Shown here piece by piece: positions 1-9,799 of a stretch of DNA of 64,000 nucleotides. The DNA lies in the NCBI GenBank assembly GCA_965212085.1, contig OZ243042.1, forward strand, positions 2,217,990 to 2,281,989, given 5' to 3'. This DNA comes from Candidatus Poriferihabitaceae bacterium. Its GTDB lineage: Bacteria > Pseudomonadota > Gammaproteobacteria > Arenicellales > Poriferihabitantaceae. A model generated the notes under the pieces. That model did not search any database and was not told the origin of the DNA. It worked only from the letters and a program-made list of their open reading frames with translations. The position numbers and the translations under genes are program-made. The stretch's first letter is position 1. The number at the start of each line of letters is the position of its first letter.

Positions 1-1014
1 TGGATGATGTGGAACTGGCTGGTCAGCGGCCTGGCCTGCGGCTGCGCGCTGATTTTGTACGACGGCGCGCCGTTCTTCCCCCGGCGGCGCAGTTTGTGGC
101 AACTGGCCGAGGAAGCGGGCATCACGGTGTTCGGCGTCAGCGCAAGGTACATCGCCGCCCTCGCCAAAGCGGGCATCCGCCCCGGCGCGGAATACGACCT
201 CACCCCCCTGCGCGCAATCCTGTCCACCGGCTCGCCGCTCGCCGAGGAAAGTTTTGATTACGTCTATGCACACGTCAAAACCGACTTGATGCTGTCCTCC
301 ATTTCCGGCGGCACCGACATCGTCTCCTGCTTCGTCACCGGCAACCCCCTGCGGCCGGTGTATCGCGGCGAGATTCAAGGCCGCGGCCTCGGCATGGCGG
401 TGGACGTCTACGGCACCGGCGATGGCGGGCCGGTGCGCGGGCAACGGGGCGAGTTGGTGTGCACCAAACCTTTTCCGAGCATGCCGCTGGGCTTCTGGAA
501 CGAGCCCGATCAACGCCGCTATCACGAAGCGTATTTTTCGCGTTTCAAAAACGTCTGGGCACAGGGCGACTACGCCGAGATCACCGCCCAAGACGGCGTC
601 ATCATCCACGGACGCTCGGACGCGGTCTTGAATCCGGGCGGGGTGCGCATCGGCACCGCGGAAATATACCGCCAGGTGGAAAAGGTCGACGCGGTGCTCG
701 AAAGCCTGTGCATCGGCCAGGCCTGGGAAGACGACGTGCGCATCGTATTGTTTGTCATGCTCCGCGAAGGCGCGCGGCTTGACGACGATCTAAAAACACG
801 CATCCGCGACACCGTCCAGTCCGGCGCCACCCGGCGTCACGTGCCGAAAAAAATCATCGCCGTGCCCGACATCCCGCGCACCTTGAGCGGCAAAATCGTC
901 GAACTCGCGGTCAGGAACGTAGTCCACGGGGAGGCGGTCAAAAACACCGCAGCCCTGGCCAACCCCGAAGCCCTTGACTACTTCCGCGACCTGCCGGAAT
1001 TGCAGGAAGACTGA
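1..1014 (+). CDS. acetoacetyl-CoA synthetase (acetoacetate-CoA ligase), C-terminal part; 5' end outside window
   Basis: Frame open from base 1. Acyl/AMP-ligase C-terminal motifs [20 protein letters not shown] and [15 protein letters not shown]; overall resemblance to the acetoacetyl-CoA synthetase family. Confidence 0.8.
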   Translation, partial: WMMWNWLVSGLACGCALILYDGAPFFPRRRSLWQLAEEAGITVFGVSARYIAALAKAGIRPGAEYDLTPLRAILSTGSPLAEESFDYVYAHVKTDLMLSSISGGTDIVSCFVTGNPLRPVYRGEIQGRGLGMAVDVYGTGDGGPVRGQRGELVCTKPFPSMPLGFWNEPDQRRYHEAYFSRFKNVWAQGDYAEITAQDGVIIHGRSDAVLNPGGVRIGTAEIYRQVEKVDAVLESLCIGQAWEDDVRIVLFVMLREGARLDDDLKTRIRDTVQSGATRRHVPKKIIAVPDIPRTLSGKIVELAVRNVVHGEAVKNTAALANPEALDYFRDLPELQED

Positions 1015-1044
1015 AAAGAATTCAAAATTACACCCGCCACCGCC

Positions 1045-2448
1045 TTACTTCCACAACCCCTCCCGCCGCAAATCATCCATCACTTCAACGATGGACTCAC
1101 GCAACACCGACACCAGCGTATCAATCTGCGCGCGGGTCAGTATCAACGGCGGCGAAAGCACGTTCAGGTGCGCGATGGGCCGCACCAACACGCCGCGTTT
1201 TTGCGCGGCGCCGGCGATTCGCTCGCCCACGCGGATGTCCGCCGAGAGCAACTCTTTGGTTTCCTTGTCGGCGACGTTTTCCACGCACATCATAAAATGA
1301 CTGCCGCGCACGTCGCCGACGATGTCGAGTTCGGCAAGGGAAGCCAGCTGCGCTTCCAAGTAGGGGCCGACCTCGCGCACGTGGCCGCAAATATCTTCGC
1401 GCTCCATGATCTCGATATTTTTCAACCCGGCGGCGCAGCACACCGGATGCCCGGAGTAGGTGAAGCCGTGGGTCAGCAACGCGCCCTCGGCCTGGGGTAC
1501 GCTGATTACGTCGTAAAATTCATCGGACAAGATGGTCGCGGACAGCGGCGCGTAAGCGGATGACAGCCCCTTGGCGCTGGTGATGAGGTCGGGCACCATG
1601 CCGAACACGCTTTCCGAGGCGAAGAAATGACCGAGGCGGCCAAACCCGGTGACCACTTCGTCGGCGATGTAAAGTACCTGGTATTTTCGGCACACTTCGA
1701 GCATGCGCGCGTGGTAACCCGGCGGCGCAACGATGACGCCGCCGGCGCCCATGATCGGCTCGGCGATGAACGCCGCGACGTTTTCGGCGCCGAGTTGCTC
1801 AATCTTGTCTTCAAACTCTTGCACCAGCGCATCGCAGAACTGCTCCGGCGTTACGCCATCGGGCCGCCGGTAGGTGTTGGGGGATGAAACGCGCTGGATG
1901 AGGCCGTCTTCAATGATGTCGAACCCCTGGTGATCAAACGCCACGCCGGTCAGCGACATCGCCAGGTAGGTGCTGCCGTGGTAACCGTCGTGGCGGGTAA
2001 TGATTTTCTTTTTGGATTTTTTGCCGAGGCGGTTGAAGTAAAAATGGATCATGCGCACCGCGGTGTCATTCGCCACTGAACCGCCGGTGCCGAACTGCAC
2101 GTGGTTGAGCGCAGCCGGTGCCAAAGAAGCGAGTTTCTGCGCCAACTCGGCGGCGGGAATGGAGGTGTGGGCGCCGAAGGATGAGTAGTACACCATCTTC
2201 TCCGCCTGCTCGGCCATGGCCCGGGCGATTTCCTTGCGCCCGTAGCCAACGTTGACGCACCACAACCCGCCGATCCCGTCCAGGTAGCGGTTGCCTTCGG
2301 CGTCGCAAACAAACGCGCCTTCGGCATCCGCCAGCACCATGGACCCGGTTTCCTTGAAGGTGGAAAAATCAGTCCACGGATGGACGTGATGGTCCCGGTC
2401 TTTTTGCCAGATTTCTTTGGGGGTGTTGGGTTGGGGGGATAGGGCCAT
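1045..2448 (-). CDS. class-III (omega) aminotransferase, SpuC/putrescine-pyruvate aminotransferase-like
   Basis: 467-aa ORF with PLP-fold motifs ADEVVTGFGRLG and TSAKGLSS (PLP lysine). Last gene of a co-directional amine-uptake operon. Confidence 0.85.
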   Translation of the reverse strand: MALSPQPNTPKEIWQKDRDHHVHPWTDFSTFKETGSMVLADAEGAFVCDAEGNRYLDGIGGLWCVNVGYGRKEIARAMAEQAEKMVYYSSFGAHTSIPAAELAQKLASLAPAALNHVQFGTGGSVANDTAVRMIHFYFNRLGKKSKKKIITRHDGYHGSTYLAMSLTGVAFDHQGFDIIEDGLIQRVSSPNTYRRPDGVTPEQFCDALVQEFEDKIEQLGAENVAAFIAEPIMGAGGVIVAPPGYHARMLEVCRKYQVLYIADEVVTGFGRLGHFFASESVFGMVPDLITSAKGLSSAYAPLSATILSDEFYDVISVPQAEGALLTHGFTYSGHPVCCAAGLKNIEIMEREDICGHVREVGPYLEAQLASLAELDIVGDVRGSHFMMCVENVADKETKELLSADIRVGERIAGAAQKRGVLVRPIAHLNVLSPPLILTRAQIDTLVSVLRESIVEVMDDLRREGLWK

Positions 2449-2486
2449 GGCCGCCGCCTCGGTTGCGCGAAAGTTACGCGAAAAAA

Positions 2487-3530
2487 CTACTTCAAGAGGT
2501 TGGTCCAGATGCGGTCGTACAAGCGGATCACCTTGTCGTCGCAGGGCGGCACAAACTCCGGCGCCGGGGCTGAGGCCGGATAGTTCACCTCGTGGGCGGT
2601 TTTCAGTTCCGCATCCAGAAACGCTTCGGTGCCCTTGACGCCGGCGGTGTAGCGGGCGAAGTTGGTGAGGGTTGCGGCGTTTTCCGGCTCAAGCATGAAG
2701 TTCAGGAATTTTTTGGCGTTGGCGAGATTGGGCGCGCCCTTGAGCACTACGAGGTTGTCCATCCAGCCGGTGATGCCTTCCTTCGGATAGGCGTACTTGA
2801 GGGAGGATTTTTCCGCCCGCGCGCGCATCCCGAAGCCGTTCCAAATCTGCCCCGCCGCCGCGTCCCCGGACACCAGAACCTCTTTTGCGCCGTCGGAGTT
2901 AAAGCTCAGCCAGTGCTGCTTGACGTCGGCCAGCAGCGCGTTGAGTTTTTTCAAGTCGTCGGGGTTGCCGTTGCAGCGTTCCAGTCCGAGATAGCGCAAC
3001 CCGGCGTTGAGCACGTCGTTCACGTCCTTCAGCATGTTGATTTTGCCGCGCAGTTCCGGCGGCGGGTTGAAAATGATTTCCAGGGTGTTGATGTCGCCGC
3101 CGTACACCGCGGTGTCCACCATGAAGCCGGTGGTGCCCCACTGGTAGGGTACTGAGTACTTTCTGCCGGGATCCCAGTACACGTCAACGTAGGCGGGGTC
3201 CATATACTTGAAGTTGGCGAACCCGGATGCGTTGATTTGCTCCAGCATGCCTTCGCCGATCAAAATCTGCACCATGTAATCGCCGGGCACGGCGACGTCG
3301 TAGCCGGTGACGCCCGCTTTCAAGCGCGCCAGCAGCGACTCGTTGGAGTCGTAGGTGTCCAGGGTTACTTCAACGTCGTGTTCTTTGGAGAACTTGTCGA
3401 TGAGTTCCTGGGGCAGGTAGTCAAACCAGTTGTAGATGTTGAGTTTGCCGGCGGCGAGGGTGGGGCCGGACAGCGTGCTCAAACCCAGAGAGACGATAAA
3501 AGCAATCAGTATTTTCTGCATCTTGTTCAT
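2487..3530 (-). CDS. polyamine-type ABC transporter periplasmic substrate-binding protein (PotD/PotF family)
   Basis: Signal peptide MNKMQKILIAFIVSLGLSTLSGPTLAAG. NWFDYLP and YDV.VPGDY motifs typical of PotD/PotF. ATG at 3530 is preceded by GGAGG; the ORF track start at 3554 is less likely. Confidence 0.85.
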   Translation of the reverse strand: MNKMQKILIAFIVSLGLSTLSGPTLAAGKLNIYNWFDYLPQELIDKFSKEHDVEVTLDTYDSNESLLARLKAGVTGYDVAVPGDYMVQILIGEGMLEQINASGFANFKYMDPAYVDVYWDPGRKYSVPYQWGTTGFMVDTAVYGGDINTLEIIFNPPPELRGKINMLKDVNDVLNAGLRYLGLERCNGNPDDLKKLNALLADVKQHWLSFNSDGAKEVLVSGDAAAGQIWNGFGMRARAEKSSLKYAYPKEGITGWMDNLVVLKGAPNLANAKKFLNFMLEPENAATLTNFARYTAGVKGTEAFLDAELKTAHEVNYPASAPAPEFVPPCDDKVIRLYDRIWTNLLK

Positions 3531-3596
3531 CTTGACCTCCGGCCAAATGGCCATGGTAGTAGTGTTATCAAAACAACCTTGCAGTTCGCCGCGGGA

Positions 3597-4412
3597 TCAG
3601 TTCGCCGCGGGATAACGCCTCCTCCCCAGCAGATACGAGAGCGTAACACAAAATATCGAAACAAGCAAGAGCAAAGTGGACACGGCGTTGATTTCCGGGG
3701 TCAGGCCGGTGCGCACCAGGCCGTAGATAGCCAGCGGCAGCGTGCTTGAGCCGGGGCCGGCGACAAAGTTGGTGATGATGAAATCGTCCAGCGAGATGAT
3801 GAACGCCAGCATAAATCCGGCAACCACGCCGGGCAGCAGCATCGGCAGCAAAACATAGCGAAACGCCTGGCGGCCGTCGGCGTACAAGTCGTTGGCGGCT
3901 TCTTCGTAATACCCTTCGATGCCTTCCAGCCGCGCGCTGATGGGCAGGTAGGCAAAGGGAATGCAAAACACCGTGTGCGCCAGCAAAATGCTGCCGATTC
4001 CCAGCGGAATACCCACCAGCACGAAGAACACCAGGGTTGCGATAGCCGTAACAATTTCCGGCACCATCAGCGGCAGGTTGATGATGCCGATGCTCGCTTC
4101 GCGGCCACGGAAGTTGCGCCGGCGGATGATGGCGAGGGCGGCGGCGGTGGCCAGGGTGGTGGCGCAGGTCGCCGCCGAAACCGCGATGATGAGGGAGTTG
4201 TAGGTGGAGCGTTGAATGAGGTCGTTGTTGAACGCCTTGATGTACCAGTGCAAACTGAAACCGCCCCATACCGTGATCGAACGGATTTCATTGAACGAGT
4301 ACAAGGCGATGACGATCAACGGCCCGTACAAAAAAATCAGGCACGCCCAGGTGATGCCGCCGAAGCCGGGGTAGCGTTTCAGGTCGCGGGGTTTTTTCGG
4401 CGCGTTCATCAA
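3597..4412 (-). CDS. ABC transporter permease (PotC/PotI-like)
   Basis: 271-aa multi-TM ORF with an EAA-type loop (EEAANDLYADGRQAF), adjacent to the other Pot components. Confidence 0.85.
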   Translation of the reverse strand: MMNAPKKPRDLKRYPGFGGITWACLIFLYGPLIVIALYSFNEIRSITVWGGFSLHWYIKAFNNDLIQRSTYNSLIIAVSAATCATTLATAAALAIIRRRNFRGREASIGIINLPLMVPEIVTAIATLVFFVLVGIPLGIGSILLAHTVFCIPFAYLPISARLEGIEGYYEEAANDLYADGRQAFRYVLLPMLLPGVVAGFMLAFIISLDDFIITNFVAGPGSSTLPLAIYGLVRTGLTPEINAVSTLLLLVSIFCVTLSYLLGRRRYPAAN

Positions 4413-4427
4413 GCGTGCATCAATGGG

Positions 4428-5405
4428 TCAGCGTTGTTGCGCGGTGCGCGCCTTGTTCTGCTGGCGCACATAGACCATCAGCGCACACAACACCACGGTC
4501 ATCAAAATGACGGCGGCGGCGGAGCCGAACGGCCAGTTGCGCGAGCCTTGGAATTGCAACGCGATGAGGTTGCCGATCATCAGGTTTTTGCCGCCGCCCA
4601 GCAGGTCCGGGGCGATGAACGCCCCCAGACTTGGAATGAACACCAGCAACGCGCCGGCCACCACCCCCGGCATCGCCAGCGGCAGGATGATTTTTCGCAG
4701 TATGGTCCAGCGTTTGGCGTACAGATCGTAGGCGGCTTCCACGAGGCGAAAATCAAAGCGCTCGATGGCGGCGTACAACGGCAGCACCATGAACGGCAGG
4801 TAGGTGTAGATCAGCCCGATGCCGACGCCGATATTGGTGTAGGCGATTTTTACCGGTTCATCCACCACGCCGATGAACAGCAGGGCGTGATTGAGCGGCC
4901 CTTCGTTGCGCACCAGAAACAGCATGGCGATGGTGCGGATCAAGAGGTTTATCCAGTAGGGCACCGTGATCAGCAGCACCCACATATATTTTTTGCGCTC
5001 CGGCAGGGTGGCGATGTAGTACGCGGTGGGAAACCCGATCAGGAAGCAGGCGATGGTGGTGCACAGCGCCTGCACGAAGGAGCGGAAATAGATTTGCAGG
5101 TAGGCCGGGGAGAACACCAGCGTATCGTCGAAGAGGTCCCGTTCAAACAAAAACTGTATGTAGGACTCGGTGGAAAACTGCCAGATGACGCCGCCGTAAG
5201 TGCCCGGCGTCAGGAATGAATACACCACGATGATGCAAATCGGCACGATCAAAAAACAAACGATGAGCAGCAACGCCGGGGAGAGCAGCAGCGCGCGGTT
5301 CCTGAACAAGCGTTTTTCCCCGGCGTCTTCCAAACCAGTGCGGGGCGCGGTCAGGGTTTTGAGTTCCACGTCAGTTCTCCAGCACCCGGCAGGCCGCTTC
5401 GTCAA
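4428..5405 (-). CDS. ABC transporter permease (PotB/PotH-like)
   Basis: Multi-TM ORF with EAA loop (VEAAYDLYAKRW). The start is uncertain: ATG at 5405 overlaps the upstream ATPase gene by 35 nt, and an in-frame GTG at 5369 lies just after its stop codon. Confidence 0.8.
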   Translation of the reverse strand: MTKRPAGCWRTDVELKTLTAPRTGLEDAGEKRLFRNRALLLSPALLLIVCFLIVPICIIVVYSFLTPGTYGGVIWQFSTESYIQFLFERDLFDDTLVFSPAYLQIYFRSFVQALCTTIACFLIGFPTAYYIATLPERKKYMWVLLITVPYWINLLIRTIAMLFLVRNEGPLNHALLFIGVVDEPVKIAYTNIGVGIGLIYTYLPFMVLPLYAAIERFDFRLVEAAYDLYAKRWTILRKIILPLAMPGVVAGALLVFIPSLGAFIAPDLLGGGKNLMIGNLIALQFQGSRNWPFGSAAAVILMTVVLCALMVYVRQQNKARTAQQR

Positions 5406-6489
5406 TCAACACGCTAACCCGTTCCCCGGTTTCAAAACCGTGCGCCCGGCGGCTGTTCTGAATGCGAACCAGCAGCGAGGTGCGCGCATCCAGGTCAACT
5501 TGATAGTGGGTGTCGGTGCCGAGATAGATAACCCGTGCGATGGTTCCGTTCAGGTCCGGGTCGGTGCCCCGGCCACCGTTCCGGTCGGCGGAGTCGCAAG
5601 GTTGCAGGGCGATTTTTTCCGGGCGCACCGACAGCGTCGCGTCGTCGCCGGGCCGCCGGGGAGCACTCAAGGCCGCGGTAACTTGCGCGCCGCCGGCGAG
5701 AACGCAGCGCGCCTGCTTGCCATCCACCGACTCAATGCACACTTCAAGAAAATTGGTCTCGCCGATAAAATCGGCGACAAAATGATTGACCGGTTTTTCG
5801 TATATTTCCCGGGGCGTTCCGGTTTGCCGGAGGCGGCCGTTTGACATCACCGCAATGCGGTCGCCCATGGTCAACGCCTCTTCCTGATCGTGGGTCACCA
5901 GAATAAAGGTGATGCCGGTTTCCTCCTGCAACTGCTTCAGTTCAACCCGCATCGCCTGGCGCAGTTTCAAATCAAGGGCCGACAACGGCTCGTCCAGCAG
6001 CAGCACCTTGGGCTGGCTGGCCAGCGCCCGCGCCAACGCCACCCGCTGCTGTTGACCGCCGGACAGCTGCGCCGGATGACGACCGGCGAACTCGGTCATA
6101 TGTACCAGATTGAGCATGCGCTCGACGGTCTGCGTGATTTCCCGCGGGTCGCGCTTCAACATCCGCAGGCTGAAAGCGATGTTGTCCGCTACGCTCATGT
6201 GCGGAAACAACGCGTATTGCTGAAACACCGTGTTCACCGGCCGGCGGTTGGGGGGCAGGTGGTCAATGCCTTCGTTGAATAACAAAATGCGCCCCGCGCT
6301 CAGCGATTCAAAGCCGGCGATGCAACGCAACAACGTGGTCTTGCCGCAACCCGAAGGCCCAAGCAAAACAAAAAACTCGTTGTCCTTGATGGAAATGGAA
6401 ACGTCATCCAGCGCGGTAACGGCGGCGTCGCCGGTTCCGTAAGTTTTGCTGACGGAGATGCCGTTAACGGCGAAGACGTCGGAGGTCAT
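5371..6489 (-). CDS. ABC transporter ATP-binding protein (PotA/PotG-like)
   Basis: Walker A GPSGCGKTT, ABC signature LSGGQQQRVALARAL, Walker B LLLDEPLSALD, C-terminal TOBE-like domain. Confidence 0.9.
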   Translation of the reverse strand: MTSDVFAVNGISVSKTYGTGDAAVTALDDVSISIKDNEFFVLLGPSGCGKTTLLRCIAGFESLSAGRILLFNEGIDHLPPNRRPVNTVFQQYALFPHMSVADNIAFSLRMLKRDPREITQTVERMLNLVHMTEFAGRHPAQLSGGQQQRVALARALASQPKVLLLDEPLSALDLKLRQAMRVELKQLQEETGITFILVTHDQEEALTMGDRIAVMSNGRLRQTGTPREIYEKPVNHFVADFIGETNFLEVCIESVDGKQARCVLAGGAQVTAALSAPRRPGDDATLSVRPEKIALQPCDSADRNGGRGTDPDLNGTIARVIYLGTDTHYQVDLDARTSLLVRIQNSRRAHGFETGERVSVLIDEAACRVLEN

Positions 6490-6501
6490 GGGTTGTCCGT
6501 T

Positions 6502-7674
6502 TCAATCCCCACGCATTGCACCGACTATCAAACGCGCGAACTGTTGTTGCACCGGATCCCAGTAAGGAGACAGCACACCGCCGTCAAACCCTTCCGACAG
6601 CCGCCCGGTCTGCATGCGTTCGATTACGCCGATGTCTTCGTGATTGAGTTCATTCCAGTTTTTGACAACCCGCTCGCGCGCTTCGGCGTATTGCGGCGCG
6701 CTCGCGCCTTCACCGGCAAAGTACAATGCAATGGTCTCTGCGGAGTGGCTGCTATTGAGGGGCGTGGTAATCAATACGGCGACCTGATCGGGGAATATCT
6801 CAAAGGCAAAATTGGGAAACAGCACGTACCAGTCGCCGCGCCGTTTTTTATGTTCCGGCAAGCCGGGGAAATAAGGCAATCCCTGGCCGCGGGCGGGATC
6901 GGTTTTATGGAAATCGTATCCGCAGTACAAAACATGATCCCGGAACGAAGGCGGTGTGCGTTCCGCCATGGTAACAAAAGAATGCAACCAGGGATGGCAT
7001 GAGAATACATGATAGGGTTCAATAAAGTTTTCCATGGTTAATTTCCAGTTGGCCTTGACGTCGAACTTAAGTTGGTCGGCGAAACGGAGCGCGGAAAAAT
7101 CGTAATCAGCCAGGCGTTCAGAAATAAAACCGATGTGCTCAGTGAAGTCCGGCGCTTGTCCGCCGATGTTGACAAAGATCCAGTCGTGCCAGACCGCGCT
7201 GCGGATTTCCACCAGATTCGCGCGATGCCGCGCCGCATGGTTGACGTCGTGCCGGTCGCCGCCGAAAAAGTGTGGCCGCGCCAGCAGCCGCCCGTCGAGG
7301 TCGTAGCTCCATGCGTGGTTGGGACAGACGAAGGATGGGCTGCCCGACTTTGCTTCGGCCACCAGTTTGGCGCCACGGTGGCGGCATACATTGTGAAACG
7401 CCTTGATTTTCTCCGCGCTGTTTTTAACGATCACCAGAGGTTGCCCGGCGACTTCCACGGGTTGCATATCGCCGGCCTGCTGAAGTGCGTGCGCGAATCC
7501 GGCAAACACCCAGGTGTTACGGAACACGGTCTGCTGCTCGAAAGCAAAAAAGTCCTCATTTGTGTAGGCGACATTGGGCAATGCCGATCCGTATTCAGTG
7601 GGTTTGGCGAGGTGTTCACTCAACCCCGGATCAAAAAAATCGGACAGGCGCGGATGGTTTTGATTTTGGGTCAT
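6502..7674 (-). CDS. Rieske [2Fe-2S] non-heme iron oxygenase, alpha subunit-like
   Basis: Rieske motif CRHRG...(17)...CPNHAW. A C-terminal catalytic-domain-like region follows. Start taken at MTQNQNH (ATG 7674) rather than the ORF-track start at 7764. Confidence 0.8.
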   Translation of the reverse strand: MTQNQNHPRLSDFFDPGLSEHLAKPTEYGSALPNVAYTNEDFFAFEQQTVFRNTWVFAGFAHALQQAGDMQPVEVAGQPLVIVKNSAEKIKAFHNVCRHRGAKLVAEAKSGSPSFVCPNHAWSYDLDGRLLARPHFFGGDRHDVNHAARHRANLVEIRSAVWHDWIFVNIGGQAPDFTEHIGFISERLADYDFSALRFADQLKFDVKANWKLTMENFIEPYHVFSCHPWLHSFVTMAERTPPSFRDHVLYCGYDFHKTDPARGQGLPYFPGLPEHKKRRGDWYVLFPNFAFEIFPDQVAVLITTPLNSSHSAETIALYFAGEGASAPQYAEARERVVKNWNELNHEDIGVIERMQTGRLSEGFDGGVLSPYWDPVQQQFARLIVGAMRGD

Positions 7675-7778
7675 CGGGTTTCTTCGGCAAGTTTGGTGAT
7701 TGCGATATTTTTTTTTTCCCCACGCCCGGATTATAGAGTACTCCGCCGCCAATGCCGCCGTCAATGGAGTTTCGCCCG

Positions 7779-8642
7779 CTACCCCTGCTTCGCCTGCTGA
7801 TCAAAAAATGACGCCGATTCCGGCACCTCAGGCAGGTCCATTTCATAGCGGCAGCAGCGCACGCGGTTGGTTTGCCGGCCACGAACGATCTCGCCGGCGT
7901 AGCGGCTGGGCAGGGGGTTGGGGGACAGGGGCAGGGCGTCTGCGGCGCTGTAGATGGCGATGAACAGGGTGCGCGGGCGGGGCGAACGGTTGGCGGCGGA
8001 ACCGTGCAGCAGGCGGGTGTGCATCAGGCACGCGGCGCCCGCCGGGCCGGTGCATTGGACGGTTTTTTGTGCGGCTTCGCGGGCGGCATCAACGGCGATG
8101 GCGCCGGTGAAAATCCCGTCGTGCCACAAGCCGTGCAGCGGCCCGGTGTGGGAGCCGCGGACGACTTCGAGGGGGCCGTTTTGTTCGGTGACTTCGTCGA
8201 GGAATAGCAATGCGGTGATCAGGTCGTCGTTGGTATGGGGTTCGTACAAAAAATCCTGATGGAACTTTACTTCGGTTCCCGCGCCCGGCAACTTGGCGTT
8301 GATCTTGCAGTGGTGAAACTTGATGTCGGGTCCGAGCAACTCGGCGATGGCGTCCACCGCGCGGTTTTCGCGCATCGCCCGCAGGTAGTCTTTGGAAATC
8401 TCGATGGGCGATGCGACTCGCCTGAGCGCCGGCTGTTTGGCGTTGTGGCCGGGTTCCAGGTCAAAGCGCGCACGGCCGTCGAGGGTCGCGCCGTAGGGCT
8501 TGTTGTGTTCCCGGCTTTCATCGCGCCATTGTTCAAACTGCGCGGTGAGGGGCGTCAGCAGTTCGGCGGGCAGCGCGTCTGCCATCACCAGAAAACCGTC
8601 CCGGTGGAATTGTTTGATCTGCTGCGGGGAAAGAGTCGGCAT
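7779..8642 (-). CDS. phytanoyl-CoA dioxygenase (PhyH) family Fe(II)/2-oxoglutarate oxygenase
   Basis: N-terminus QIKQFHRDGFLVM and HQDFLY...H motifs are typical of the PhyH family. Confidence 0.75.
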   Translation of the reverse strand: MPTLSPQQIKQFHRDGFLVMADALPAELLTPLTAQFEQWRDESREHNKPYGATLDGRARFDLEPGHNAKQPALRRVASPIEISKDYLRAMRENRAVDAIAELLGPDIKFHHCKINAKLPGAGTEVKFHQDFLYEPHTNDDLITALLFLDEVTEQNGPLEVVRGSHTGPLHGLWHDGIFTGAIAVDAAREAAQKTVQCTGPAGAACLMHTRLLHGSAANRSPRPRTLFIAIYSAADALPLSPNPLPSRYAGEIVRGRQTNRVRCCRYEMDLPEVPESASFFDQQAKQG

Positions 8643-8650
8643 GGTCGGGA

Positions 8651-8661
8651 GGGGGGGGGGG
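8651..8661. repeat. G11 homopolymer (C11 on the coding strand), 9-19 nt upstream of the PhyH start codon
   Basis: Read directly: ...cggga ggggggggggg cagggcgg... Confidence 0.95.
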
Positions 8662-8672
8662 CAGGGCGGACG

Positions 8673-9350
8673 TTACAGGTCGCCGGGCACGCCGTAGGAC
8701 GGCGCGTCACCGGGGCTCACCGCCCGCGCCACGTACGCGTCCATCTGCGGGCGGTAGTCGTGCCACAACTCGCGTAAAGCGCCAACCGGATCGTGATCGC
8801 GCCAGTCCACGCGCAAGTCCGCCAGCGGGAACGGATGTTGATCCGCCACCAGCAGGGCTGCGGAATGAACTTCCCCCTGTTCGCCGCCCGCCGCCAGCCC
8901 GCCTTCAATGGCCTTGAGCAATCGCTCGCCGAGGTGGTCTTCTGCGTGCCGCGCAAAAGTTTGGGCGATAGCCGCGACCACCGACTCGTCCGCCAGCAGG
9001 TTGCCCGCCGCGAAGCAATCATCGCCGGCGGCTTGGCCGTGGATTCCGAGCATTTGCGCGCCCGAATGACAGGCGGTATTGCCGTGGCGGTCTACCACGG
9101 TTACTTGCCGGTGTTGCAGGTGCGCGCAGCCGTGCAACGCTTCCCGCAACGCCGCCGGGGCATCCAGGCCCGCCGCGAGTTGCTCGAGCACCGCCGGGCC
9201 GAGGGTCGGGTCGGTGAGGTTTTGCGTGGCCACCGCGCCGACGCCGGCGTGAACAAACGGGCAGCGCGCGCCCACGCAGATGCTGGAAGTGGTGATCGCC
9301 ACGCCGAACATCCCGGTGCGGCCACAGCGGCCAACGATGGAGAAGGTCAT
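8673..9350 (-). CDS. DUF1028 family (Ntn-hydrolase fold) protein
   Basis: N-terminus MTFSIVGRCGRTGMFGVAITTSS is the characteristic DUF1028 start (Thr/Ser nucleophile after Met). 4-nt overlap with the upstream RidA gene. Confidence 0.7.
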   Translation of the reverse strand: MTFSIVGRCGRTGMFGVAITTSSICVGARCPFVHAGVGAVATQNLTDPTLGPAVLEQLAAGLDAPAALREALHGCAHLQHRQVTVVDRHGNTACHSGAQMLGIHGQAAGDDCFAAGNLLADESVVAAIAQTFARHAEDHLGERLLKAIEGGLAAGGEQGEVHSAALLVADQHPFPLADLRVDWRDHDPVGALRELWHDYRPQMDAYVARAVSPGDAPSYGVPGDL

Positions 9351-9799
9351 CGCTTATTATCCCGGTCATCCGGGTCATCCGGGATTACCGCCGTGGCCTC
9401 GATCTCCACCACCCATTCGGGCCGCGCCAGCCCGCTGACGATCAAGCCGGTGGACACCGGATACACGCCCTTCAACCATTTTCCGATGGCTTGATATACC
9501 GCGTCTCGGTGGGCGCGGTCGGTGATGTAGACCTGAATGCGGCAGACGTGGCCGAGTTCCGAACCGACTTCTTCCAGCAACTGCTTGACGTTGCGCATCG
9601 CCTGATCGGCCTGCGCGCCGGGGCCGGCGTCGGCAATGCTCGCAAAGCCCTCAATTTCCTGGCCGACCTGCCCGCGCACGAATACCAAAGTGCCGCGCGC
9701 GACTACGACCTGGCACAAATCGTTGTCAAGGTTTTGGTTCGGGTAGGTATCGCGGGTGTTGAACTTGCGATGGCGTTGATGGGGGTTTGTGGTTTTCAT
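9347..9799 (-). CDS. RidA/YjgF/L-PSP family enamine-imine deaminase-like protein
   Basis: 150 aa, with a RidA-like core (VFVRGQVG ... VYITD ... VEIEATAV). Overlaps both neighbouring genes by 4 nt. Confidence 0.7.
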   Translation of the reverse strand: MKTTNPHQRHRKFNTRDTYPNQNLDNDLCQVVVARGTLVFVRGQVGQEIEGFASIADAGPGAQADQAMRNVKQLLEEVGSELGHVCRIQVYITDRAHRDAVYQAIGKWLKGVYPVSTGLIVSGLARPEWVVEIEATAVIPDDPDDRDNKR

